Shown here one piece after another: positions 8,973 through 18,002 of a DNA stretch of 64,000 nt. Every line of letters starts with the position of its first letter. Position 1 is the stretch's first letter. This DNA is from an uncultured Gemmatimonadales bacterium (lineage in GTDB: Bacteria; Gemmatimonadota; Gemmatimonadetes; Gemmatimonadales; GWC2-71-9), in contig CAWHFW010000003.1 of NCBI GenBank assembly GCA_963828735.1, forward strand, positions 64,001-128,000, in the 5' to 3' direction. Under the pieces are notes generated by a model. The model had not been told where the DNA came from. It did not search any database and was given only the letters and a program-made list of their open reading frames with translations. The translations under genes were made by a program, and so were the position numbers.

Positions 8973-9770
8973 CTATCCCGCCTGATGGCGCCATGCGGGG
9001 AGCAGTTCGATCACGGCGAACGTGCCGCCCTGCGGATCGGCGACGATCGCGCACCGGCCGACGCCCGGTATGTCAGCGGGCGCCGCGCGTACCGTGCCGC
9101 CGAGGGATTGCACGAGAGCGGCCTGCCCGTCGCAATCGCTCACGGCGAAGTACACCAGCCAGTGGGGCGGCACCGGCCCCCACGACAGTTGGATCGGGAA
9201 CATCCCGCCGCGAGGCGACCCGCCCTGCGAGAACGTCGTGTACGTGCCGTCCCCCATCGGCTTGGTCTCGGCCTCCCAGCCGAACAGGTCGGTGTAGAAC
9301 CGCGTTGCTCGCGGCGGGTCGCCGGTGCCGAGCTCGTTCCAGCACATCGCGCTCGTGTCGCCGATGAGTCCGGCGCCCATGTGACGGCGCGGCTCCCAGA
9401 GCGCGAACACCGCGCCGGTGGGGTCCTGCACTAGCGCCATCCGACCGACATCCAGCACGTCGAACGGGTCCATGAGCACCGCGGCGCCCAGCTCCTTCGC
9501 CCGTTTCGCCAGGTCGCTCGCGCTGGCCACCGAGATGTAGCTCAGCCAGTGCGGTGGAGCGCCGGAGTGGGCCGGCTCCAGCGCGTACAGGGCCGCGACC
9601 GCGCGGCCGTCCACGGTGAGCATGGTGTAGGACGCGTCCGGCCCCATGGGGCGATCGTCCGCGGTCCAGCCGAACAGCGCGGTATAGAAGCGTTTGGCGG
9701 CGGCGGCGTCGGGCGTGCCGAGGTCGGCCCAGCAGAACGTCCCGGGTGCGTACGTCTCCATCACGGGCAT
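8973..9770 (-). CDS. VOC/glyoxalase family protein with two domains (Cfp32-like)
   Basis: Duplicated PGTFCWADL/MCWNEL, AKRFYTALFGW, DPTGAVFALW/DPQGGTFAVI; GAGGA RBS. Confidence 0.9.
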   Translation of the reverse strand: MPVMETYAPGTFCWADLGTPDAAAAKRFYTALFGWTADDRPMGPDASYTMLTVDGRAVAALYALEPAHSGAPPHWLSYISVASASDLAKRAKELGAAVLMDPFDVLDVGRMALVQDPTGAVFALWEPRRHMGAGLIGDTSAMCWNELGTGDPPRATRFYTDLFGWEAETKPMGDGTYTTFSQGGSPRGGMFPIQLSWGPVPPHWLVYFAVSDCDGQAALVQSLGGTVRAAPADIPGVGRCAIVADPQGGTFAVIELLPAWRHQAG

Positions 9771-9824
9771 GCGTGTCCTCCTGGAAGTGTGCATCGCGGT
9801 GGGGAGGCCGGCGGCCCGACCTCT

Positions 9825-10400
9825 TTACAGGACGGACGAGGGTGGGGCTGGTTTCACGTCCAGGAGGATTCGGAGGGCCACGAGATCGTAGACCGCGTGG
9901 GCGACGATGGGCACGAGGAGGTTGCCGCTCGCGAGATGCAGCCAGCCGAGGTAGGCGCCGACGAGCGCGGCCATCACGGCGTAGGTCGCGCTGAGAAAGT
10001 GCGCCAGCCCGAACAGCATCGCGGAGATCGCGACGGCCGCCCAGGTCGGACATCGGTCGAGCAGCGCGGTCTGCACCACGCCCCTGAAGAGCGCCTCCTC
10101 GCCGAGTCCCGCCAGTCCGGCGACGAGCACGATCTCCGCCGGCGAGCTGCCGGCGAAGAGGGGCGCGATCCGCTCCTCGACCATGCGCACGAGCCTCGCG
10201 ACCGGAGGAAAGCGCGTGCGGAGACACCACCAGAGGCCCAACAGCAGAGGGGCCGTGGCCGCCATGCCGGCGGCCAGGCCCCTCGCGTTCCATTCGAGCG
10301 TCGCGAACGGCGCGACACCTGCCACCGCGCCGACGGCGAGCGCGACCAGGACCAGCGCACCTTCCGCCAGCGCGGCCAGCCGAACGGCGGCGAGCCGCAT
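9825..10400 (-). CDS. CPBP (Abi/CAAX) intramembrane glutamic endopeptidase
   Basis: EEALFRG, LFGLAH, VAHAVYD; multiple TM segments. Confidence 0.9.
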   Translation of the reverse strand: MRLAAVRLAALAEGALVLVALAVGAVAGVAPFATLEWNARGLAAGMAATAPLLLGLWWCLRTRFPPVARLVRMVEERIAPLFAGSSPAEIVLVAGLAGLGEEALFRGVVQTALLDRCPTWAAVAISAMLFGLAHFLSATYAVMAALVGAYLGWLHLASGNLLVPIVAHAVYDLVALRILLDVKPAPPSSVL

Positions 10401-10417
10401 CGGCCCCGGCACCTGAA

Positions 10418-10975
10418 CTACTTGGCGCGCTCCAGGTACACGCCGTCGCGAGGATTCACACGCACCCGCTCGCCCTCGCCGATGAACTCGGGCACCTGGA
10501 TCGTGACCCCGTTGCTCAGCTTGGCCGGCTTGGTGCTGGCCGTCTTGGTCGCAGTCTTCATGATCGGCGCCGTCTCCACGACCTCGAGCTCGGCGGTGGC
10601 GGGCAGCATGATGGCGATCGGCCGGCCATTGAGCCACTCGACCTGGAACGTCATGCCGGGCTCCATCCACTGGCCCTGATCGCCGGTCACCTCGTCGTCG
10701 AGCGTGTACTGGTCGTAGCTCTGCGCGTCCATGACGTGCGTGCCGTTCCCGTCGCGATACATGACCTGCATTTCCTTCGTGTCCAGCCGCGCGTCCTCGA
10801 CGAACTCGGTGGCGCTCAGCCGGGTGTCGAAGGTGTTGCCGCTGGTGAGGTTCCTGAGCCTGACCTGCACGAATGCGCGCAGGTTGCCCGGGGTGCGGTG
10901 CTGGAAATCCATCACCCGGCACGGCTGGCCGTCGATGATGAGCACGTGGCCGCGGCGGATGTCGCTTGCCTTCAT
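10418..10975 (-). CDS. efp: Translation elongation factor P (non-canonical PGN loop)
   Basis: 185 aa; KOW-OB-OB organisation, KPAKLSNGVTIQVPEFIGEGERVRVN...YLER; loop HRTPGNLRAFV. Confidence 0.93.
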   Translation of the reverse strand: MKASDIRRGHVLIIDGQPCRVMDFQHRTPGNLRAFVQVRLRNLTSGNTFDTRLSATEFVEDARLDTKEMQVMYRDGNGTHVMDAQSYDQYTLDDEVTGDQGQWMEPGMTFQVEWLNGRPIAIMLPATAELEVVETAPIMKTATKTASTKPAKLSNGVTIQVPEFIGEGERVRVNPRDGVYLERAK

Positions 10976-11236
10976 CGGTCTGAAGCTCCGGAGAACGGTC
11001 GGTCGGCGGACGCCGGGGGTGGCGCCGCGGAGGTGGAAAATACACGGCGGCGGGCGAAGCGACAGTCACGGGTGACTGCTGTCACCGCCGGCGTCCGGCG
11101 CCCCGGCTAGGTTCGGCCGAACCCGCCGGGCGACGTCCCTGCCCGGCGACAGTCATATCACGGCCAACCAGCGAGAGCCGAATGCGCCAGGTGTCCCACG
11201 GTTAGCACGGCACCCCACGCGGAGCCCGAGCTGCCG

Positions 11237-12169
11237 GTGACGCCATGGCGTGGGCTCAAGGGCCAGGACCGGCTCGAGGCGTGGCGCGCGAACGTGGGCC
11301 GACCCCTGTCGCTCGACCTCGCCCCGGCCCCAGTTGACGCCCCACCATCGCGTGTCGCGATCGTGAGCTGGAATCTGTGGATCGGCCGGGGAAGGCTGGC
11401 CGAGGTCATCGGCCGGGTACGGGACCGCGTCGAGGCGCCGGTCATCGTGCTCCTCCAGGAGGCGTTCCGTGCCGATGCATCCATCCCCGCGAGCCGGGGC
11501 GTTCGCCGGGCCGCCGGCGCCTTTCCGCCCCGCACGGTCCCGCGCGCGGACATCGCCGAGATGGCCCGGGAGCTCCGGCTCAACCTGCGGTACGTCCCAT
11601 CCATGCGGAACGGGGTCCGGCCGAGCGACCGCGGCAATGCGATCCTCTCTGATCTCCCCCTCAGCGAAGCACGCGCCTTCGAGCTGCCGCTCGTGCTGCA
11701 GCGGCGCGTCCCGCTGGTGGCGACGGTGGAAATGTCGGGTGGACTGCTCCACGTGGTGAGCGCGCATCTCGACCCGCGCGGCCCCGCGGGCGCCGAATGG
11801 CTTGGCGGCCCCGGACGTGCCCGGCAAACCGGCTACCTCCTCGATCGTACCGAGGCTGACCTCGTTGCCCTGGGCGCGGATCTCAACCTCGCCCGTGGCA
11901 CACGCGAGCAGAGCTGGCGTCTGCTGCAGGATGCCGGCTTTACGGCGGGGGTGCCGCCGGTGCGGCACCAGTGGCGACACACCTTTCACGCTCTGCCGCG
12001 GCTGGTGCTCGACTACATCCTGGTGCGAGACCGCGGCGGGTGCGTCCGCGCCGCGCAGGTCGAGCGCCTGGACGAGCACCCGAACGATCGCGGGCCGACC
12101 GTCTTCGGGTCCGACCACCATCCCCTCCTCGCCCGGCTCGAGCTCGCCCCCGAAGGGGTCGTGACATGA
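11237..12169 (+). CDS. Endonuclease/exonuclease/phosphatase (EEP) family protein; start uncertain
   Basis: VSWNL, VLLQE, GNAILS, VSAHL, GADLN, LDYIL, GSDHHP. Confidence 0.9.
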   Translation: MTPWRGLKGQDRLEAWRANVGRPLSLDLAPAPVDAPPSRVAIVSWNLWIGRGRLAEVIGRVRDRVEAPVIVLLQEAFRADASIPASRGVRRAAGAFPPRTVPRADIAEMARELRLNLRYVPSMRNGVRPSDRGNAILSDLPLSEARAFELPLVLQRRVPLVATVEMSGGLLHVVSAHLDPRGPAGAEWLGGPGRARQTGYLLDRTEADLVALGADLNLARGTREQSWRLLQDAGFTAGVPPVRHQWRHTFHALPRLVLDYILVRDRGGCVRAAQVERLDEHPNDRGPTVFGSDHHPLLARLELAPEGVVT

Positions 12170-13461
12170 GCGACCTGTTCTCCGCCGGGCTCCCGTGGTG
12201 GGGCTGGGCGCTGATGGCGCTCGGCCTCATCGCACTCGTATCCGTGCTGGGGGCGCTGTTCCTCCCCGACTGGAAGGAGTCCGACTACACGCTCGGCCAG
12301 ACCGCCGAGCCCGGCAGCGAGCAGTTCGTCAACATGGCCGGTGCGTACCTCAACAACCCGGTGTATCGCGGCGGCACGGTCGAGCTGCTCCAGAACGGCG
12401 ACCGGTTCTATCCCGCGATGCTCGACGCGATTCGCACGGCCAGGGACACGATCAACTTCGAGGTCTACATCTTCGACCCCGACGAGATCGGGCGCGCGTT
12501 CATGGACGCGTTCCTCGAGCGCGCCCGCGCCGGCGTGGAGGTCCGGGTCCTGGTGGACGCCTTCGGCTCGTTCAAGCTGCGCAAGCGGCACCGGAACGAG
12601 CTCCGCCAGGGAGGAGTGAAGGTCGAGCGATTCCGGCCCTTCGGCCTGAGCAACCTGGTGCGCGTCTACCGCCGGACCCACCGGCGAGCCATCGTCGTGG
12701 ACGGGCGGGTGGCCTTCACCGGGGGCGCCGCGATCTCGAAGAAATGGGCGGGTGACGTTCGGACCGAGCATGAGTGGCGGGACAGCATGCTGCGGATCAC
12801 GGGACCCCTGGTCGGCGGCATCCAGTCGGCCTTCACCGAGAACTGGATCTACTGCACGGGCGAAGTCCTCGCGGGCGAGCGCTTCTTCCCGCCCGCGGAA
12901 GCTGGGCCCGGCCCCTGCAGCATCTCGGTGGTGAGCTCGCCGTCCGACGCGCAACAGCCCATCCGGCTGCTCTTCTGGCTCACCATGGCCAACGCCCGGC
13001 GACGGCTGTGGATCTGCAACTCCTATTTCATCCCCGACCCGCGCCTCCGGACGGCGGTGGTGGAGCGCGCGCGGAAGGGAGTGGATGTGCGGGTCCTCGT
13101 GCCCGGCAACCACACCGACGCGATCCCGGTGCAGCTCGCGGGTCGGAGCTACTACGAGGAGCTGCTCGACGCGGGCGTCCGGATCTTCGAGTTCCAGCCC
13201 GCGATGATGCACGCGAAAACCATCGTCGCCGACGAGATGTGGTCGGTCCTCGGCTCCGCGAACATGGATGAGCGAAGCATGGAGCTCAACGAGGAGAATA
13301 TCGTCGGCATCGCTGACGAGGAGCTGGCCCGCACCGTCGCGTCGGGCCTCGAGGCGGATTTCGGCCGGTCGAAGGAGGTCCGGCTGGAGGAGTGGCGGAG
13401 GCGGCCCACGTGGCAGCGTGGGATGGAGGCGGTGGCGAAGGTGTTGATCGAGCAGTACTAG
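12166..13461 (+). CDS. Cardiolipin synthase / phospholipase D family protein
   Basis: ATGA overlap; N-terminal TM; LLQNGDRFYPAML, THRRAIVVDG (variant HKD), YFIPD, MHAKTIVAD, GSANMD. Confidence 0.9.
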   Translation: MSDLFSAGLPWWGWALMALGLIALVSVLGALFLPDWKESDYTLGQTAEPGSEQFVNMAGAYLNNPVYRGGTVELLQNGDRFYPAMLDAIRTARDTINFEVYIFDPDEIGRAFMDAFLERARAGVEVRVLVDAFGSFKLRKRHRNELRQGGVKVERFRPFGLSNLVRVYRRTHRRAIVVDGRVAFTGGAAISKKWAGDVRTEHEWRDSMLRITGPLVGGIQSAFTENWIYCTGEVLAGERFFPPAEAGPGPCSISVVSSPSDAQQPIRLLFWLTMANARRRLWICNSYFIPDPRLRTAVVERARKGVDVRVLVPGNHTDAIPVQLAGRSYYEELLDAGVRIFEFQPAMMHAKTIVADEMWSVLGSANMDERSMELNEENIVGIADEELARTVASGLEADFGRSKEVRLEEWRRRPTWQRGMEAVAKVLIEQY

Positions 13462-13469
13462 GCGGGCGC

Positions 13470-13495
13470 GCCGGACGATCACGCGATCGTCCGGC
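13470..13495. terminator. 11-bp stem hairpin between convergent genes
   Basis: GCCGGACGATC-acgc-GATCGTCCGGC; no U tract. Confidence 0.5.
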
Positions 13496-13512
13496 CGCCG
13501 GACTCTCCTGCC

Positions 13513-13788
13513 TCACCCTCCCGCGATCGCCGCCACCACCGTGATCTCATCCCCGGAACGCACCGGCGTCGCGAACCCGCTGCGAAACCGGATGTCCTCG
13601 TCGTTCAGATAGTACGTGACGAACGGATAAGGTCCGCCCGTCTCGTCGCGCAGTCTCGGCGCGAGCCGCGGAAAGCGGTCCGCGATGGCGGCGACGACTT
13701 CACCGAGCGTCTCGCCGGTGGCATCGATCGTGGCCTGGCCGTCCGCCAGGCGGGCCAGCACGGTGGGCAGGCTAAAGGTCACGGCCAT
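13513..13788 (-). CDS. MoaD/ThiS-family ubiquitin-like sulfur carrier protein
   Basis: 91 aa, YYLNDEDIRF...GDEITVVAAIAGG (C-terminal GG); overlaps the upstream gene by 17 nt. Confidence 0.92.
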   Translation of the reverse strand: MAVTFSLPTVLARLADGQATIDATGETLGEVVAAIADRFPRLAPRLRDETGGPYPFVTYYLNDEDIRFRSGFATPVRSGDEITVVAAIAGG

Positions 13789-15061
13789 ACAGAGCCTCCA
13801 GTTCGCGGATGCGCGGCGCGATGATCGGAGCGTCGGGCAGGGCGCCGTGCAGTGCCTCGACGGTCTTGAGTCCGTTGCCGGTGATGCAGAGGACGAGCTC
13901 GTCCTCGGGGGCCAATCTTCCGTCCTTTGCCAGGGCGAGCGCGGCCGCCACCGTGACACCGCCCGCGGTTTCGGTGAAGACACCGGTCGTCTCGGCCAGC
14001 AGCTTGATCCCCTCGACCAGCGCGGCATCGGATACGCCCGTGGCCCAACCGCCGCTCCGGCGGATCGCGCTCGCCGCGAACCCGCCGTCCGCGGGATTCC
14101 CGATCGCGATCGAGCGCGCGATGGTATCGGGCACCACCGGCGACACGTGCTCGCCGCCCCGCTCCACGAGGTGCACGATCGGGGCGCATCCCGCGGCCTG
14201 CGCGCCGTACAGCCGCGGCGCAGCGCCGGACACCAGGCCGGCGTCGGTGAATTCCCGGAAGCCCTTCTCGAGCTTGGTCAGGAGCGAGCCCCCCGCCATC
14301 GGAGCGACGACTGCCGTCGGGAGCCGCCAGCCCAGCTGCTCGGCGATCTCGAACGCCATGGTCTTCGAGCCTTCGCCGTAGTAGCTCCGGAGGTTGATGT
14401 TGACGAGGCCCCACCCGTAGCGATCGGCCACCTGCGCGCAGAGTCGGTTCACGTCGTCGTAGGTGCCGCGCACGCGCACGAGCCGTGGGTTGTACACCGC
14501 GGTCCCGACGACCTTGCCGAGCTCGAGATCGTGCGGGATGAAGATCCAAGCCGGCAAGCCGGCGCGGGCGGCCTGCGCCGCGACCGCGTTGGCCAGATTG
14601 CCGGTCGAGGCGCACCCCACCACCTCGAGGCCCAGCCCGAGCGCGGCGTTGAGGGCCGACGCGACGACCCGGTCCTTGAAGCTGAGCGATGGGTGGCTCA
14701 CGGCGTCGTTCTTGACCCACACCCGCGCCACGCCGAGCCGACGGGCGAGGGCGGGAGCGTCGAGCAGCGGGGTGAACCCGCTGTCGAGCGAGACCACAGG
14801 CTCGCCATCGAACGGCAGCCACTCCCGGTAGCGCCAGAGGGACGGTGCGCGGGCCGCGATCGTCGCGGCATCGGGGAGCTTTCGCCCGACGTCGTACGCG
14901 GGCTCTAGCGGGCCGAGACATTCATCGCAGGTTGCCGAGGCGGCGGCAGGCTGCGGTGTCCCGCAGAGTCGGCAGACGAGGGAGAGCGGCCGAGGACCGC
15001 GCGGCCGTGCGACGGCTTCGGAGGAAGTCGGGTCGAGCGGAAGGTCGAGAAGCGTCGTCAT
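13772..15061 (-). CDS. Threonine synthase-like PLP enzyme (possible MetM-type homocysteine synthase)
   Basis: N-terminal CxxC..CxxC, SFKDR (PLP Lys), ASTGNLA, EGSKTMAFEIAEQLGW, ITGNGLK. Confidence 0.9.
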   Translation of the reverse strand: MTTLLDLPLDPTSSEAVARPRGPRPLSLVCRLCGTPQPAAASATCDECLGPLEPAYDVGRKLPDAATIAARAPSLWRYREWLPFDGEPVVSLDSGFTPLLDAPALARRLGVARVWVKNDAVSHPSLSFKDRVVASALNAALGLGLEVVGCASTGNLANAVAAQAARAGLPAWIFIPHDLELGKVVGTAVYNPRLVRVRGTYDDVNRLCAQVADRYGWGLVNINLRSYYGEGSKTMAFEIAEQLGWRLPTAVVAPMAGGSLLTKLEKGFREFTDAGLVSGAAPRLYGAQAAGCAPIVHLVERGGEHVSPVVPDTIARSIAIGNPADGGFAASAIRRSGGWATGVSDAALVEGIKLLAETTGVFTETAGGVTVAAALALAKDGRLAPEDELVLCITGNGLKTVEALHGALPDAPIIAPRIRELEALYGRDL

Positions 15062-15111
15062 TGCGTGAGTTCCCGCCCCGGGCTCCCGAAGCGTCTCTCA
15101 GCGCCGAGCCA

Positions 15112-15151
15112 AATGAAAAAGCGCCCGGTGCCAAAAAGACACTCGGGACGC
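15112..15151 (-). terminator. Intrinsic terminator in the riboswitch leader
   Basis: Minus strand GCGTCCCG-A-GTGTC-TTTTT-GGCAC-CGGGCGC followed by TTTTTCATTT. Confidence 0.8.
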
Positions 15152-15153
15152 GA

Positions 15154-15204
15154 GGCTTTTTAGCATTTGTTTAACGTGGCTGCAATAGGCCGCAAATTGC
15201 CACG
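15154..15204 (-). ncRNA. SAM-II (SAM_alpha-like) riboswitch
   Basis: Minus strand CGTGGC-AATTT-GCGGCCTATTGCA-GCCACG-TTAAACAAAT-GCTAAAAA-GCC. P1 CGTGGC/GCCACG, conserved AUUU, UUGCA and GCUAAA, pseudoknot GGC/GCC. Matches the SAM-II consensus as I recall it. Confidence 0.88.
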
Positions 15205-15222
15205 AAGTCAGTTGTCTGTGTC

Positions 15223-15251
15223 AGTGTACGTAATCGGGTGGGGGGACGCAA
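15223..15251 (-). promoter_or_regulatory. Sigma70-type promoter for the riboswitch leader
   Basis: TTGCGT (15251-15246) -17 bp- TACACT (15228-15223); predicted TSS about 12 nt upstream of the aptamer. Confidence 0.7.
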
Positions 15252-15276
15252 GAGGGTTCGATCGGCCGACCGCGTC

Positions 15277-17010
15277 CTACCAGTCCCTTCCCTCGGACCC
15301 GCCTCCGTTCGACCGCCGCCCCTCGTGGCTCGCGAGCTGCTCGCGTTGCACGGCCTCGAGCAGCTGTCGCGCCTGGTCGGCGTCGAGCTCCTTTACCGAC
15401 TCGCCCTCCCCCGCGCCGAAGCCGCCGCCAGCCATGGCGCCCGACGCGGCCTCCGGATTCCCCTCGTAGCCGGGCACGTTCATGTTGCCGCGACCGTAGT
15501 CGGCGGAGCGGCCGCGGCCCGAGGACCCGCCCTTCATGCGGTCCTCTTCCAGCCGCTGCAGCGCCAGCTCGAGGTTCCACTTGGCGTCCTGGTCCGCCGG
15601 ATCCAGACGCAGCGCCTCCTCGTACGCGCCGACCGCGTCGAGCAGCAGTTGGCCCCGCTCGGGTGCCTCCTCGGCGGCGCGGACGAGCGCGTTGCCGAGG
15701 TTGAAGACGCTCTGCTGTCGGAGCTGGAGCCGTCCGGCCGCGTAGCGGTACCGCGCGGCCGCGTCCTCGTAGCGCTTCATGCGATAGTAGGCGTTCCCCG
15801 CGTTGTACGCCCGGACCGGCGTGCTGTCCGCGGCCAACGCGAGGTCGAATAGCTTGGCCGAGCCGGCGAAGTCGCCGGAGGCGTAGAGCCGCTCGCCCTT
15901 CCTGGCGTCGAGCGACCCCCGCGCGCAGCCGCCGTTCAGGAGCAGCAGAAGCGGCAGCAGCACGGCGGCGACCGCGTGCGCACGCGCGCGCACTGGCACG
16001 GGTGTCCGCCGGCGCCGTACGCGGGCGGCCAGCCACATCTCGCCGAGCAGCGCGATGACGGCCAGCGCCAGCGGCCACTGAAAGCGGTCCGCATGCTCGG
16101 TCACCTGTTGGGTCGAGAGGGTGCGGGTGCGGACCTCGGCGAGCGCTTCGCGCAGCGCCTTGCGATCGTCGGCACGGGCAGCCCGTGCATACGCGCCACC
16201 CGTCAGCTTCGCCGCGGTCCGGAGCTCGTTCTCCTCCAGGCGCGAGATCGCGACTCGTCCGATGTGATCGCGATGGAACTTCTCCGGCGCCTCCGAGCTG
16301 TCGGCCGGCACCGGGCCGCCGCCGCTCGTGCCGACGCCGAGCGCGAACACCGGGATGCCCTCGCCGCGGAGGCTCGCGGTCGCGGCCTCGAGATCGCCCT
16401 CGTCGCTCTCGCCGTCGCTCGCGAGGAGCACGGCGCGGTGGCCGCGGTCGCCTTCGTGCTCGAAGACCTTGCCGGCCGTGGCGAGCGCAGTCCCGATGTC
16501 GGTCGCGGGGTCGCCGAGGTCGTCGGGCGTCGCGGCATCGAGGAACAGCTTGAAGGTCGCGTGATCCGAGGTGAGCGGGAGCTGCAGGAACGCGCTGCCG
16601 CCGAACACGACGAGCCCGACCCGATCGCCCGGCGACGCGGAGACCACCTCCCACACCGCATCCTTCGCCGCCGCCAGCCGGGTCGGCGACACGTCGGTCA
16701 CCGTCATCGAGCGCGAGAGATCCAGCACCACCAGCAGGTCCCTGCCCGTCCGCGCGAGCTCCGCCGGCCGCTCGCCGAGCTGCGGGCGCGCGAGCGCGAG
16801 CACGCCCAGCCCGAGCGCCGATGCCTGCAACCACGCGCGGAGGCGCGCGGTGCGTCCGTCGCTCAGGCTCGATCCACGCTCCAGCACCGCCGGCTCGCCG
16901 AACGCACGAAGCTCGGCCTCCCGCCGCCGCGTGCCGAGGAGCAGCGCGCGCAGCGTGACCGGCACGAGCACCACGCCGAGCAGGAGGACGGCCGGCCAGG
17001 CGAAGCTCAT
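15277..17010 (-). CDS. BatB/BatC-like VWA + TPR fusion protein
   Basis: LARPQ, MIDAS DLSRSM, LQLPLTSD, SDGE; C-terminal TPRs (YNAGNAYY, FNLGNAL, AKWNLELA), ends DW. Confidence 0.9.
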   Translation of the reverse strand: MSFAWPAVLLLGVVLVPVTLRALLLGTRRREAELRAFGEPAVLERGSSLSDGRTARLRAWLQASALGLGVLALARPQLGERPAELARTGRDLLVVLDLSRSMTVTDVSPTRLAAAKDAVWEVVSASPGDRVGLVVFGGSAFLQLPLTSDHATFKLFLDAATPDDLGDPATDIGTALATAGKVFEHEGDRGHRAVLLASDGESDEGDLEAATASLRGEGIPVFALGVGTSGGGPVPADSSEAPEKFHRDHIGRVAISRLEENELRTAAKLTGGAYARAARADDRKALREALAEVRTRTLSTQQVTEHADRFQWPLALAVIALLGEMWLAARVRRRRTPVPVRARAHAVAAVLLPLLLLLNGGCARGSLDARKGERLYASGDFAGSAKLFDLALAADSTPVRAYNAGNAYYRMKRYEDAAARYRYAAGRLQLRQQSVFNLGNALVRAAEEAPERGQLLLDAVGAYEEALRLDPADQDAKWNLELALQRLEEDRMKGGSSGRGRSADYGRGNMNVPGYEGNPEAASGAMAGGGFGAGEGESVKELDADQARQLLEAVQREQLASHEGRRSNGGGSEGRDW

Positions 17011-18002
17011 GGGACGCTCCGGAGTCGCGTCGCGCCCAGAACGAGGCCGGCGGCCAGCAGGAGGAGACCCGGCGCGAGCGCGTACGCGTACAGCTCGCGG
17101 TAATCGCGGGTCTCGCTGATCTTCACGTCCCGCCGCTCGATCGGATCGATCGCGCTCAGGATGTGGGTGAGCGCCTCCGGATCGGTCGCCCGGAAGTACC
17201 GGCCGCCGCTCCGATCCGAGATCCGCTTGAGGATCACCTCGTCGCCGCTGGTGAGGCGGTCGGGTGTCCGTCCACCCCAGCGCCAGATGAACCGCTTGTC
17301 GGGCCCGGAGGTGTCGGCCGCGCTCACCCCGATCGTGTGGATGCGAACGCCGATCGCCCGCGCGGCCTCGGCCGCGACCAGCGGCGACGGCTGGCCGGTA
17401 TTGTTGGCGCCATCGGTGATGAGGACGACCACGCTCGCCGTCGCGGGCAGATCCTTGAGCTGATTGAGGCTCATCGTGAGCGCCGTGCCGATCGCCGTCC
17501 CGTCGGGCAGCATCCCGATGTCCACCCGCCCGAGCATGCGGTCGAGGAGGTCGGTGTCGGGCGTGAGCGGGGCCTGGAGGAAGGCGCGCCCGGCGAAGAT
17601 CACCAGCCCGAGCAGGTCGCCTTTCCGTTCGCGGGCGAAGTCGGCCAGCACCTTCCGCGCGACCATGAGGCGGTTGCCAGGCTTGAAGTCGCCCGCCTTC
17701 ATGCTGCTCGAGATGTCGAGCGCGAGCATGATGTTGCGTGACTTGCTCCGGATCTGGCGGACCTCGTGCGGCACCTGCGGCCGCGCCAGCGCGACGACCA
17801 GCAGCGCCAGGCCGAGCATGCGGAGCGCGTCGGGAACCCACGGCCAGCGCGCGCGACGAGTGGTCGGGGCGCCGGCGAGGAACGCGAGCCCCGGAAAGCC
17901 GATCCGCTCGACCGGCGCGCGCCGCCGCTCGCGCCACTGGGTCCAGGCCCAGGCGCCCGGGACGAGGAGCAACAGCAGATAGAGGGGGTCAGCGAACCGC
18001 AT
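17007..18002 (-). CDS. batA: BatA-like VWA domain protein
   Basis: MRFADPLYLLLL, ALARPQ, DISSSM, DGTAIG, LITDGANN, GGRYFRATD. Confidence 0.9.
   Translation of the reverse strand: MRFADPLYLLLLLVPGAWAWTQWRERRRAPVERIGFPGLAFLAGAPTTRRARWPWVPDALRMLGLALLVVALARPQVPHEVRQIRSKSRNIMLALDISSSMKAGDFKPGNRLMVARKVLADFARERKGDLLGLVIFAGRAFLQAPLTPDTDLLDRMLGRVDIGMLPDGTAIGTALTMSLNQLKDLPATASVVVLITDGANNTGQPSPLVAAEAARAIGVRIHTIGVSAADTSGPDKRFIWRWGGRTPDRLTSGDEVILKRISDRSGGRYFRATDPEALTHILSAIDPIERRDVKISETRDYRELYAYALAPGLLLLAAGLVLGATRLRSVP

Noticed and set aside
9825..11069. 414-aa ORF overlapping efp and the CPBP protease
   Set aside because: The upstream part is an alternate-frame shadow of efp; protease homology starts at ATG 10400.
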